The notes beneath the pieces were generated by a model, which did not search any database, was not told where the DNA came from, and worked only from the letters and a program-made list of their open reading frames with translations. Source: an uncultured archaeon (GTDB taxonomy: Archaea > Altiarchaeota > Altiarchaeia > JAFGQM01). From it: a DNA stretch of 31,934 nt. A program made the position numbers and the translations under genes. How positions within the stretch are numbered: position 1 is the first letter of the stretch; each line of letters opens with the position of its first letter. This document shows positions 18,937 through 27,361 of this stretch, in pieces. The DNA is taken from positions 1 through 31,934 of the forward strand of contig CAZUDQ010000009.1 in the NCBI GenBank assembly GCA_964619365.1, in the 5' to 3' direction.

Positions 18937-19691
18937 TTCTTTTTAAGATTTGTTGATTTTGGACATTCGTCTTGCGCCCACTTACTTTGGATACCCTCTT
19001 TTGTTGAACGTATTGTCTCATGGATAGACGCTGAAATGCCAGTCTTAGTGGGGTCAAGAGCTATTACTTCCATTAATCTCCCCACGTTCACACGTGTGTC
19101 CACACACCCTGAACGATCAAGAAGGACACCCTGAACTGGTATTCCAAGATCTCCAACTAGGTCAAGTCCTTCTCGGACCTCCATAACACAGCCAACTCCA
19201 ACAACTGCTTTTGGTTTATATTTTTTTATCATACGCCCGATTAGGGAGCTTCCTGGGGCTATAAAAACTTTGCATCCAAGATCCTCTGCAAATTTCTTTA
19301 CTTCTCCAAGACCACATCTTCCACAGTTTATACATTGGATTCCTTCTGGCGAAAGTCTGGCAGGGCACTCTGGACTCCTTAAACATTGTGGTATGAATAT
19401 CGCACGGTCCTTGTATGGTACTTGAGCGTATGCTGGCCGATATAAGTTATTCTTTATTGATATCGCCAGGTATTCGACTTTAAGGGGATTTTGTTTAAAG
19501 AATTTAAATATAGATTTTGCCGGCTTTTCTAGAATACCTAATGCAAATAACATTATCCTTGGAATAGTCATTTTACCTGTCCGCCAAAAGACTATTACTG
19601 CCAGGATCCCAACTATCACTAATGCTAAGACGATTACTAGGACTATTATTATGATATTTAGAAGCAATTGCCAGAGTTCGGGACTTAACAT
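18933..19691 (-). CDS. DUF116-domain protein (N-terminal TM, Cys-rich), paralog
   Basis: 'IFIPQCLRSPECPA', 'CINCGRC', 'IAPGSS', 'GVGC', 'GCVDTRV'; start MLSPEL at 19691; ATGA overlap with the next gene. Confidence 0.85.
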   Translation of the reverse strand: MLSPELWQLLLNIIIIVLVIVLALVIVGILAVIVFWRTGKMTIPRIMLFALGILEKPAKSIFKFFKQNPLKVEYLAISIKNNLYRPAYAQVPYKDRAIFIPQCLRSPECPARLSPEGIQCINCGRCGLGEVKKFAEDLGCKVFIAPGSSLIGRMIKKYKPKAVVGVGCVMEVREGLDLVGDLGIPVQGVLLDRSGCVDTRVNVGRLMEVIALDPTKTGISASIHETIRSTKEGIQSKWAQDECPKSTNLKKK

Positions 19692-19774
19692 TTTAACCTG
19701 TTTATTTTGATTTAAGCGGTTAAAAGCTCTTTTTTGCTTTTTGCTTTTCAAACTGAAAAATAGAGCTGAACAAT

Positions 19775-20794
19775 ATGAAAACCGAGATTATAAAGACGCC
19801 AATTGGCGTACTTGTGCTCCAGGACGGAGAACTCATCGATTCGCGTCCGTTCTCAAAAAATGAGAATGTAACTGCAGCAAAGATGCGCACGGAGTGTGCC
19901 GAGGAGCGCGAGCTTTTACGTAAATATCCTGACGCAGTTGTCGGAAAAGGGCGCGTTGACCTTGCCAAGATGGCTGAAGAGACTGATTTTTGCAAATCAT
20001 TTGAACTTCCGAAATTCTTATCCAGAGTATCATCTGCCATGGCAAAAAAAGGAGTTTCAGAAGGCTTTGGGCTTGACAAGCAGGTTGCAGGAGCAGTGCG
20101 CGCGGCAAAACTTGCCGAAGAAGAAGGCAACACCCAGTCTGAGCTTTTGCGCGAATGGTATTCCATGCATTTCCCTGAGCTTTCAGGCACCCTGCGTGAT
20201 AACGAAGAATATGCTAGAGTAGTCTCAGAGCTTGGAGCGCGCGACTCAATGACAAAAGAAGCCCTTGAAAAAGTGCTTACTGAAAAGAAGTATGCACGAA
20301 TCATCCCTAGTATGGCAGAAAGCTCTATTGGTGCTCCTGTTGATAAGGAAGCTGTATCTGCAATGAAAGACTTTGCAAAACTAAATCTTAAGACAATTAA
20401 GGGAGCCGCGTCCCTTAAAACATGGATAGAGGCGTCCATGGTAAAAATGACGCCAAACCTTTCAGAGATGGCAACGCCTTATGTTGGCGCACTTCTTCTT
20501 GAAGAGGCAGGAAGCCTAAAGAAGCTTGCAGGACTCCCCGCATCAACAATTCAGGTTTTAGGCGCGCAAAAAGCAATGTTTCGCTTCCTTAAGACAAAAA
20601 GGGACCCTCCAAAGTATGGGGTCTTATACATTCATCCGCTTGTCGCACAGGCGCCAAAGTCACTTAAGGGAAAGATTGCAAGAACAATTGCCGCAAAGAT
20701 TGCAATTGCGGTAAAGGTTGATTTCTATGATGGAGAACCCATCGGCAAAAAGCTCTACGCTGAGTGCGAAGAAAGAGTAAAAAGGCTAAAGTAA
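19775..20794 (+). CDS. nop5: Box C/D sRNP protein Nop5 (Nop56/58)
   Basis: 'LREWYSMHFPEL', 'PNLS', 'LPASTIQVLGAQKAMF', 'PPKYGVLY', 'GKIARTIAAK..VDF'. Confidence 0.94.
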   Translation: MKTEIIKTPIGVLVLQDGELIDSRPFSKNENVTAAKMRTECAEERELLRKYPDAVVGKGRVDLAKMAEETDFCKSFELPKFLSRVSSAMAKKGVSEGFGLDKQVAGAVRAAKLAEEEGNTQSELLREWYSMHFPELSGTLRDNEEYARVVSELGARDSMTKEALEKVLTEKKYARIIPSMAESSIGAPVDKEAVSAMKDFAKLNLKTIKGAASLKTWIEASMVKMTPNLSEMATPYVGALLLEEAGSLKKLAGLPASTIQVLGAQKAMFRFLKTKRDPPKYGVLYIHPLVAQAPKSLKGKIARTIAAKIAIAVKVDFYDGEPIGKKLYAECEERVKRLK

Positions 20795-20796
20795 GA

Positions 20797-20834
20797 TTTT
20801 TATACTTTATCGATTAAGTTTAGCTGAAGCTAAA
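20797..20834 (+). promoter_or_regulatory. TATA promoter, TTTTATA-N16-TAGCTGA (copy 1)
   Basis: TATA at 20801-20804 and TAGCTGA at 20821-20827; the latter lies inside the inverted repeat tttagc-tgaa-gctaaa. Confidence 0.6.
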
Positions 20835-21485
20835 ATGCCACGAGTCAATAAAACCCCGTTAACACATAAAAAGACGAGAAATTTAAGAGATTTTTCAAAA
20901 GCCCTTAACTCCCGTGATTATAAAGCTGCTGCAAAAGCTGCAAGAAAGGCAGGCATGCGCAAGACTGCTTCAGGAATCAGAACTGGAAACATCAACAAAA
21001 TATATGCTGAAAAGGGTCTTTTGCTGCGAGAAGCTAACCGTAACAGAATTGCCGAAGTTGCAAAAAAAGGAAATAATATCATTATAGCGAATAGAGAGCT
21101 TCGTTCTATAGACCCTACAAAATTTTCAGATGAGGGGGTAAAAAAGCTTGCAAAAAGAATGACATTTAGGAGTGATGGGTTGCGTAGGTTTAGGTATTAT
21201 GGATATGGTCTAGCTGCGGGTGCTGGCACAGGTTATTATGTTGCAAGCGACCGCATGGTAAACACTCCTTCAATACAAAATCCAACACCTCTGTTGGGAG
21301 CAGCTGTTGGGTCAATTGTAGGTGGAGTTACCGGAATAGGAATGGCTAGAAATATTGAAAAGTCTAACCAGAATAAATTTTATAAATTTGCTGCTAGCCC
21401 GACTAAGAACGGATTGACACCAAAAAAGAAATATATAGATGATTTTGGTAATGTAAGAAAAGTTAAGAAGCGCGCGAAAAAATAA
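20835..21485 (+). CDS. Orphan, highly basic protein with glycine-zipper hydrophobic segments
   Basis: 216-aa ORF with its own promoter and AAAATG start; hand count ~49 K/R vs ~14 D/E; 'GYGLAAGAGTG' and 'LLGAAVGSIVGGVTGIG'. Confidence 0.75.
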   Translation: MPRVNKTPLTHKKTRNLRDFSKALNSRDYKAAAKAARKAGMRKTASGIRTGNINKIYAEKGLLLREANRNRIAEVAKKGNNIIIANRELRSIDPTKFSDEGVKKLAKRMTFRSDGLRRFRYYGYGLAAGAGTGYYVASDRMVNTPSIQNPTPLLGAAVGSIVGGVTGIGMARNIEKSNQNKFYKFAASPTKNGLTPKKKYIDDFGNVRKVKKRAKK

Positions 21486-21541
21486 CTCATGTAAAAACAT
21501 TTGTTGCCCACCCTTTATCTTTCTAAGAAAAATGTCTTTGC

Positions 21542-21571
21542 TTTTATAGTTTTTCCGGATATACTAGCTGA
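21542..21571 (+). promoter_or_regulatory. TATA promoter, TTTTATA-N16-TAGCTGA (copy 2; likely leaderless)
   Basis: TATA at 21545-21548 and TAGCTGA at 21565-21571, whose last A is the A of the ATG. Confidence 0.6.
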
Positions 21572-22257
21572 TGCATAAAACGACACCCAAACCCGCACAT
21601 AAACCTCTATCCCGAGAAGCGCGAGTAAGGCGTATCCTTAAGCGCAAAGGTATGCGCGAAAAGGGCATTGACAAATTTATCAACGAGGCCTGGTTTACTC
21701 AGGATCACAATCGGATGACAAACATGGCCACGTCATTTGGACTTACAAACCGGCAAATAGATGTAATCATTGAAAGCTCAAACACCAGAATAAAAGAAAA
21801 ACCGGGTCATTTACAGCGGATAGGCAATATTGGGAAACGGACTAGAATGCACGAGTGGGGCATTCAAAATTTACAGCATGCTTATGAAACCGGAAACTTA
21901 ACAGAGGTCCGTGAAATTCTGAACACCCATACTGGGAGAGAAATTAGTCCTAATGGTGAAAAGTTTAGTCCGCTAACAAAAAAAAGAATTACTGCCATTG
22001 TTGATAGTTCACGAAGAGACGCTGGCGTCGTTATATCCAAGGAAGAGCTTCCAGAGGGGCTAAAAGTTAAACTGGACGGGAAACCCCCTGGAATTGCGAT
22101 AAACCTTGCAAAAAGATACCCGGAATTCAAAAAAATTCTTGCTAAAAGCGGCGTTGGGGGGGATTTTGTAATGGTAGGCCCGCATGGCAATATAGTACTC
22201 AGGAATAGAATCGACCCTGATCGCGCGACACTTGCAAGGACTGAAGATAATTTCTAA
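21571..22257 (+). CDS. Orphan basic protein
   Basis: 228-aa ORF filling the gap before smc; K/P/R-rich N-terminus; no recognisable family. Confidence 0.7.
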   Translation: MHKTTPKPAHKPLSREARVRRILKRKGMREKGIDKFINEAWFTQDHNRMTNMATSFGLTNRQIDVIIESSNTRIKEKPGHLQRIGNIGKRTRMHEWGIQNLQHAYETGNLTEVREILNTHTGREISPNGEKFSPLTKKRITAIVDSSRRDAGVVISKEELPEGLKVKLDGKPPGIAINLAKRYPEFKKILAKSGVGGDFVMVGPHGNIVLRNRIDPDRATLARTEDNF

Positions 22258-22278
22258 AAATAAATGTCCGTCAGAGAA

Positions 22279-22311
22279 CCCAAAGTAAGAAATTTGTTAC
22301 TTGGGATTTTT
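22279..22311 (+). terminator. Possible hairpin terminator abutting the smc TATA box
   Basis: cccaa(a)gtaa...ttacttggg imperfect stem followed by attttt. Confidence 0.4.
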
Positions 22312-22393
22312 ATAGTTTCTTCCATTGAATTTATGCTCAGCTCTTGAGCCCAACAAAAGAGACGTTTAGTCGCGTTTAGAGCTAAATTCAATC

Positions 22394-25300
22394 ATGAAAC
22401 TTAGACGGGTGGAAATTGTCGGTTTTAAATCCTTTGGTAGAAAGGTATCTTTAGACTTCCCGGAAGGATTAACTGCGATTGTGGGTCCCAACGGCTCTGG
22501 CAAGTCCAATGTCATTGACGCGATCTGTTTTGGTCTTGGCTACCCTAGCAGGAACATACGCGCAGGCAACACAAAAGACCTTATCCACAAAGGCAAGATA
22601 AGCGTACCTGACGCTAAGGTTCTTCTTCATTTCAAAAAAGACGCAGAGAGCATGGATGTCATGCGCAAAGTCAATAGAAAGGGGCAAAGCACATACAAGT
22701 TAAATAATATGACCGTTGGTCGTGACGGAATACATGATGTCCTTGGAAAACACTCTATCCCAAAAAACGGTTACAATATCGTCATGCAAAACGATGTCAT
22801 GCGCTTTGTACAGATAAAGCCTGCTGAAAGAAGAAAATTCCTTGATGAGGTCTCGGGCATCTCCGGATACGAAGATAAAAAGAAAAGGTCTATTGACGAG
22901 CTTGCCATTGTTGAAAGAAGGATATCTGACACAGACCTCATACTCTCAGAGAAAAAGGGCTATCTCCATGAAATCGGAAAGGACCGCGAGATGGCCATGA
23001 AATACCAGGGTATGCAAGACACCCTAAAAAAGGATAAATCGGTTTATTATTACAAGCTTAAGCGCGATGCTGAGGGCGAACTTGAATCAGTGAGTGTCAG
23101 AGAAGCTGAGATAGTAAGGGACAAGGAAGTCAAGATAGTAGAATTAGCACGGCTTGATGAAGAAGTTGATGGTATTGATTCACGACTTGGGGACATAACT
23201 AAGGAGATAATCCAGTCTGCAGGCGGAGAAACCGGACAGATACGTGGCGAGATGGGCGCCCTAAAATCCGCAATCGAGCGTAAACAAGAAGAAATAGAAT
23301 TCCTAAAGGGGGAGATTGGCGAGCTTGAAGGAAAAAAGAAGCTTAACGAAGCTAGTGAAAAGGGAATTCGTGAGCAGATAGCCGGGTCAGAAAAAAGCTT
23401 GAAGGAACGCTCCATAGAGATAACAAAAATCGCCTCTGAAATTGCAAACGAAGAGCTTGTCCGTGAGAAGAAGGCAAAGGAGTTTAACAATTCAGAGCTT
23501 GTCGCCCTTGATTCAAAAAGAAAAGCGCTTTCTGAAAGCCTGTTTGATGAAAAACAGGCACTTGCAATCCTAGAAAAGGAGTTTGAATCCTTAAAATCCA
23601 GAGAAGATGAACTTGGAAAAATAACGCTTAGAAAAAAGACTTCCTTAAAGGAATTTGAGGAGGAGTTAGTTTCAAAGGAGAAGGAGCTTGGAAAACTCGG
23701 TCTTGAAGCAGAAAGAATATCAAAACTAATCGCAGAAAGAGACTCTGGACGTGAAAAGCTTTCAGTGCTTTACCAGAATTTTGCCCGCGCAGAATCCGAA
23801 ATAAAGACAATCGAGCAAATGGAGGCAAAGCTTGGTGAAAGTGAAGCCTTGAAGTTTGTCAAGTCAAAGAAGGAGAAAGGGTATATCGGACAGGTAAGAG
23901 ATCTTGGAGACGTCCCTGAAAAGTACAGGGAAGCCCTCGCCATTGCCGCCGGAAACAAAGCAAAATGCCTTGTTGTCAACGACGACAGCACAGCCCAATT
24001 CTACATTGAGGGTCTAAGAAAAGAAAGAATAGGGCGCGCGACTTTCCTCCCGTTAAACAAGGTCTCAGGACCTGTGGTAAAGGCAATAAAGGGAGATGGA
24101 GTACTAGGCTATGCTCGCGACCTTGTCAAATGTGATAAAAAGTATCAAAAAGTCTTTGATTTTGTATTTGGTGAAACGATTGTCGTAAAGGATATAGACA
24201 CGGCCCGCAGGCTTGGAATCGGGAAATTCAAGATGGTGACACTTGACGGAGACTTTATGGCGCGCGGCGGCGCGATGACAGGAGGATTCGCCCGTAAAAG
24301 TACAATATCATTCTCCAGTGTAAAAGAAAAGCAAAAGAAGCTTGATGAGATGGCGCGCGAGATTGCCACACTAAAAGACAGCGTTGACATACTTGAACGA
24401 AAGCTTGTCGGACGCACGAGTGTCAATGTTGAGCTTGCAAAAGAAAGAAGAGGAAACCTCACAAAGAAAATAGAAGAGCTGCAGACGGAAATCAGTTTGG
24501 CAGAGACAGAAGCAAGCTCATTAATAGAAAGTAAAAAAGAATTCGATGGGAAAATAAAGATTAGCCGCGGAGTAGTAAAAGAAGCCCAAAAAGACCTTGA
24601 TAAAGTCGAAGGTAAAATGAATATGGGTGCTTTTGAGGGTATGAAAAATGCTCTTGACGAAATGGACTCTGTAATAAAACTCCTGCGTGAGAAAAAATTC
24701 GAGATAGCTTCTAAGGAATCGGAGATAAAATCTGAAATAAATTCATTTAACGAAAGGATAAAGTCCCTCCACGAGTCCATCGACTCGACAAACTCGCAGA
24801 TATCAAAGTATAAAACAAAGATTCAGGATAATTTAGATTCGATAACCACAAGCGGGGAAGGCCTTCTTGCACTTGAAGAAAAACACAAGATTGTAAACAG
24901 CGCGACCCAAAAGCATATGGCCGAACAACAAAGACTTGGTGCTCTTGTAAAAGAATTCGGTGAGAAAAAAGGCGGGCTTGATGCAATTCTTGAGCGCCTA
25001 AGGGAAGAATCAAACAAGCTTGAAATAAAAAAAGCAAGGGCACAAGCACGGCTTGATGAAGTGAGAGAAGGGCTTGAAGGTATGGAAGCATTCCCGGAAC
25101 CTGGGCCAGAAGAACTAAAAACGGCAGACTTACCGGAATTAAAATCCAGGATTAAGGCGATTGAACGCGAACTGGGTGCAATTGATGGCGTCAACTTGCG
25201 CGCCGTGGACATGTATGAGGAACTAAAACGCCAGTATGAAGAAATCAGGGAAAGAAATGAAAAGTTGCGCGGGGAAAAGGGAAAAATCCTTGAGCTCATA

Positions 25301-25783
25301 TCCGCAATAGAAGAGAAAAAGAAAATAGCGTTCTTTGAGACGTTTTACAAGGTGCGCGACTCTTTTGAAGAGATTATGCCCCTCTTATACCCTGGCTCGC
25401 CAGGTGCCGTATACCTTGACGATGAGAAGAATCCGTTTAGTTCAGGGCTTGGCATCAAAGTCTGGCCAAGGGGTCGTGACGGAGTTAAAATAGACTCACT
25501 TTCGGGGGGCGAAAAAGCGCTTACGGCAATAGCATTTTTAATGGCACTCCAAAATGTGAACCCAAGCCCGTTTTATATCCTTGACGAAGTTGATGCACCG
25601 CTTGACGCGCCAAATTCGCTCCGTCTTGTCAACTTCCTTAAGAATCAGGGGACGAGCCAGTACATAATGATAAGTCATAATCCTGAGACAGTAAAACACG
25701 TTGATGCAATCATGGGCGTACATATGCAAGACGGGTTATCCAAAATTGTTGGCGTAGATATGAAATCAATAAAATCAAGATAA
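22394..25783 (+). CDS. smc: Chromosome segregation protein SMC
   Basis: Walker A 'GPNGSGKSN', Q-loop, coiled coils, hinge ('GRATFLPLNK', 'VTLDGD..GAMTGG'), signature 'LSGGEK', Walker B 'YILDEVDAPLD', 'ISH'. Confidence 0.97.
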   Translation: MKLRRVEIVGFKSFGRKVSLDFPEGLTAIVGPNGSGKSNVIDAICFGLGYPSRNIRAGNTKDLIHKGKISVPDAKVLLHFKKDAESMDVMRKVNRKGQSTYKLNNMTVGRDGIHDVLGKHSIPKNGYNIVMQNDVMRFVQIKPAERRKFLDEVSGISGYEDKKKRSIDELAIVERRISDTDLILSEKKGYLHEIGKDREMAMKYQGMQDTLKKDKSVYYYKLKRDAEGELESVSVREAEIVRDKEVKIVELARLDEEVDGIDSRLGDITKEIIQSAGGETGQIRGEMGALKSAIERKQEEIEFLKGEIGELEGKKKLNEASEKGIREQIAGSEKSLKERSIEITKIASEIANEELVREKKAKEFNNSELVALDSKRKALSESLFDEKQALAILEKEFESLKSREDELGKITLRKKTSLKEFEEELVSKEKELGKLGLEAERISKLIAERDSGREKLSVLYQNFARAESEIKTIEQMEAKLGESEALKFVKSKKEKGYIGQVRDLGDVPEKYREALAIAAGNKAKCLVVNDDSTAQFYIEGLRKERIGRATFLPLNKVSGPVVKAIKGDGVLGYARDLVKCDKKYQKVFDFVFGETIVVKDIDTARRLGIGKFKMVTLDGDFMARGGAMTGGFARKSTISFSSVKEKQKKLDEMAREIATLKDSVDILERKLVGRTSVNVELAKERRGNLTKKIEELQTEISLAETEASSLIESKKEFDGKIKISRGVVKEAQKDLDKVEGKMNMGAFEGMKNALDEMDSVIKLLREKKFEIASKESEIKSEINSFNERIKSLHESIDSTNSQISKYKTKIQDNLDSITTSGEGLLALEEKHKIVNSATQKHMAEQQRLGALVKEFGEKKGGLDAILERLREESNKLEIKKARAQARLDEVREGLEGMEAFPEPGPEELKTADLPELKSRIKAIERELGAIDGVNLRAVDMYEELKRQYEEIRERNEKLRGEKGKILELISAIEEKKKIAFFETFYKVRDSFEEIMPLLYPGSPGAVYLDDEKNPFSSGLGIKVWPRGRDGVKIDSLSGGEKALTAIAFLMALQNVNPSPFYILDEVDAPLDAPNSLRLVNFLKNQGTSQYIMISHNPETVKHVDAIMGVHMQDGLSKIVGVDMKSIKSR

Positions 25784-25791
25784 AAAAAATA

Positions 25792-26625
25792 ATGGATATC
25801 CTTGCATACGCACAAAGCGGAACCTACTGGAAGCGTATAATATATGACATAGTTTCAGAGGAGGATTTTGACCCTTGGGATATTGATTTAAGCAACTTGA
25901 CAGAAAGCTACCTTAAGACCATCCGCGACATGGAAATAGTCAATTTTGAAGTTCCGGGAACAATAATTCTTGTGGGTTCCGTTATGCTCAAACTAAAAAG
26001 CGACATAGTTTCCGGTCAGACATTCATGTTTGAAGAGAGTCTTGAAACTGGGGAAGAAAGCCTTATTGATACTGATGAAGACTTTGTTGCGGATATTGAT
26101 GATATCACAGGCGAACCCCTTCCACCCTCCATGCTTGACGACCCCCAATTACTTGTCAGGAGAATACCAAAAAGAAAAGTCACGCTTCCAGAATTAATAA
26201 CTTTCCTCAGACGTGTTGTGACCCAGGTTGAAAACAAGGATTATTCATTCCGCACTCGCGCTTTGGATACAAGGATTGAAATCGCAGTCTCAGAAAAGGA
26301 CATGGAGCGAGTAATCAGGGATGTTCATCGTGAAATAAAACGCTCTGTGATTGAAAGGGGCGGCAATCCAGTACGCTTTAGAGAACTTAGCGACGAGTGG
26401 GATCGCGAGCGCATCATTGCATATCTAATACCTATTTTGCACCTTGCAACAAGAGGCAAACTTGCAGTCGAGCAGAAAGAGGCTTACGGCGATATTCTCA
26501 TTGCTCCAAGAACTGAAAACAATACCAAACTCAGTTCCCCTGCCCCTAAAAAGAGGCTAAAGTCGAAACAAGGCAAAAACGCGCTTGGCGCCATAAATAC
26601 AATAAAGGGGGTAGAAAAGACTTGA
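25792..26625 (+). CDS. scpA: Kleisin ScpA
   Basis: 'FDPWDIDL..LTESYL', 'LKLKSD', 'RKVTLPEL', C-terminal winged helix 'PILHLA..GKL..EQ..YGDI'; follows smc. Confidence 0.93.
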   Translation: MDILAYAQSGTYWKRIIYDIVSEEDFDPWDIDLSNLTESYLKTIRDMEIVNFEVPGTIILVGSVMLKLKSDIVSGQTFMFEESLETGEESLIDTDEDFVADIDDITGEPLPPSMLDDPQLLVRRIPKRKVTLPELITFLRRVVTQVENKDYSFRTRALDTRIEIAVSEKDMERVIRDVHREIKRSVIERGGNPVRFRELSDEWDRERIIAYLIPILHLATRGKLAVEQKEAYGDILIAPRTENNTKLSSPAPKKRLKSKQGKNALGAINTIKGVEKT

Positions 26626-26627
26626 TT

Positions 26628-27260
26628 ATGGATGAACAAAAGAAAATAATCGAGGCGGCCCTTTTCATGTCGGGCAGGTGGATGAGCACCGAAGACCTTG
26701 CACGAGTATGTGGTCGCGGTTCTATTGGGACGGTACGCGAAGCTATCACTGAACTCGTAAAAGAATATGAAGCTAAAGACGGCGGCATCCACATCGGCAT
26801 CGGGACTGGAAAATACCGTATGGAAATCGTGCCTGAAGTAAGGGAAAAGGTCTATTATCTTGCCCCCGAACCTGAACTTTCCCCGGCTCTCATCAAAACT
26901 CTTGCCTTAATCGCGTATAAACAGCCGATATACCAAACGGGCGTTGTCAAAGTAATAGGCAATCGCGCTTATGAATACATTCGCGAACTAAGAAAAAAGG
27001 AGTTTATCGTCGTTAAGAAAAAGGGCAGGACTAGGCTCATTTCAACTACAGGTAAATTCAATAAGTACTTTTCCCTTGATGTTGATTCACCATGGAATCC
27101 AAAACTGGGAGGAGGAAAGGCCTTTGAAGACGCCCAAAAGCGTCTTGATGATGTGATACGAAGCGCTGAAACCGAAGAACGCTCCAATGCTATTGCTGAG
27201 GAGATGGCATCAGACAACGCAAAAAAGGGCATTGTCGAGGATGACGAAGAGGATTATTAG
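26628..27260 (+). CDS. scpB: Kite subunit ScpB
   Basis: 'IIEAALFMSG', 'LSPALIKTLALIAYKQPI', 'GRT..ISTTGKFNKYF'. Confidence 0.94.
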   Translation: MDEQKKIIEAALFMSGRWMSTEDLARVCGRGSIGTVREAITELVKEYEAKDGGIHIGIGTGKYRMEIVPEVREKVYYLAPEPELSPALIKTLALIAYKQPIYQTGVVKVIGNRAYEYIRELRKKEFIVVKKKGRTRLISTTGKFNKYFSLDVDSPWNPKLGGGKAFEDAQKRLDDVIRSAETEERSNAIAEEMASDNAKKGIVEDDEEDY

Positions 27261-27272
27261 GCTCGCATGATT

Positions 27273-27302
27273 CAAGACTCGCATACCCGAGTCTTGTTTT
27301 TT
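27273..27302 (+). terminator. Hairpin + T6 terminator of smc-scpAB
   Basis: caagactcg-catacc-cgagtcttg followed by tttttt, 12 nt after the scpB stop. Confidence 0.8.
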
Positions 27303-27361
27303 GATTTGCCCTCATCAAGTAGATTTTATTTTTATTGTCCTTCCCCACAAAATAATAAAGA

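Noticed and set aside
21850-21880. HEWGI..H in orphanB as a zincin motif
   Set aside because: The spacing is not HExxH.
20795-22393. Box C/D sRNAs near nop5
   Set aside because: CTGA occurs, but no matching RTGATGA box C was seen in the intergenic gaps.
22335-22393. Structured smc leader (gctca-gctct-tgagc) as an ncRNA
   Set aside because: The stems are only 5-6 bp and not distinguishable from chance without covariation data.
23050-25299. Long - strand ORFs within smc
   Set aside because: They are S/F/L-rich antisense shadows of E/K-rich coiled-coil codons.
22394-27260. Wadjet/MksBEFG anti-plasmid system
   Set aside because: The SMC hinge and ScpA/ScpB motifs are canonical, and no JetD/Toprim nuclease is recognisable.
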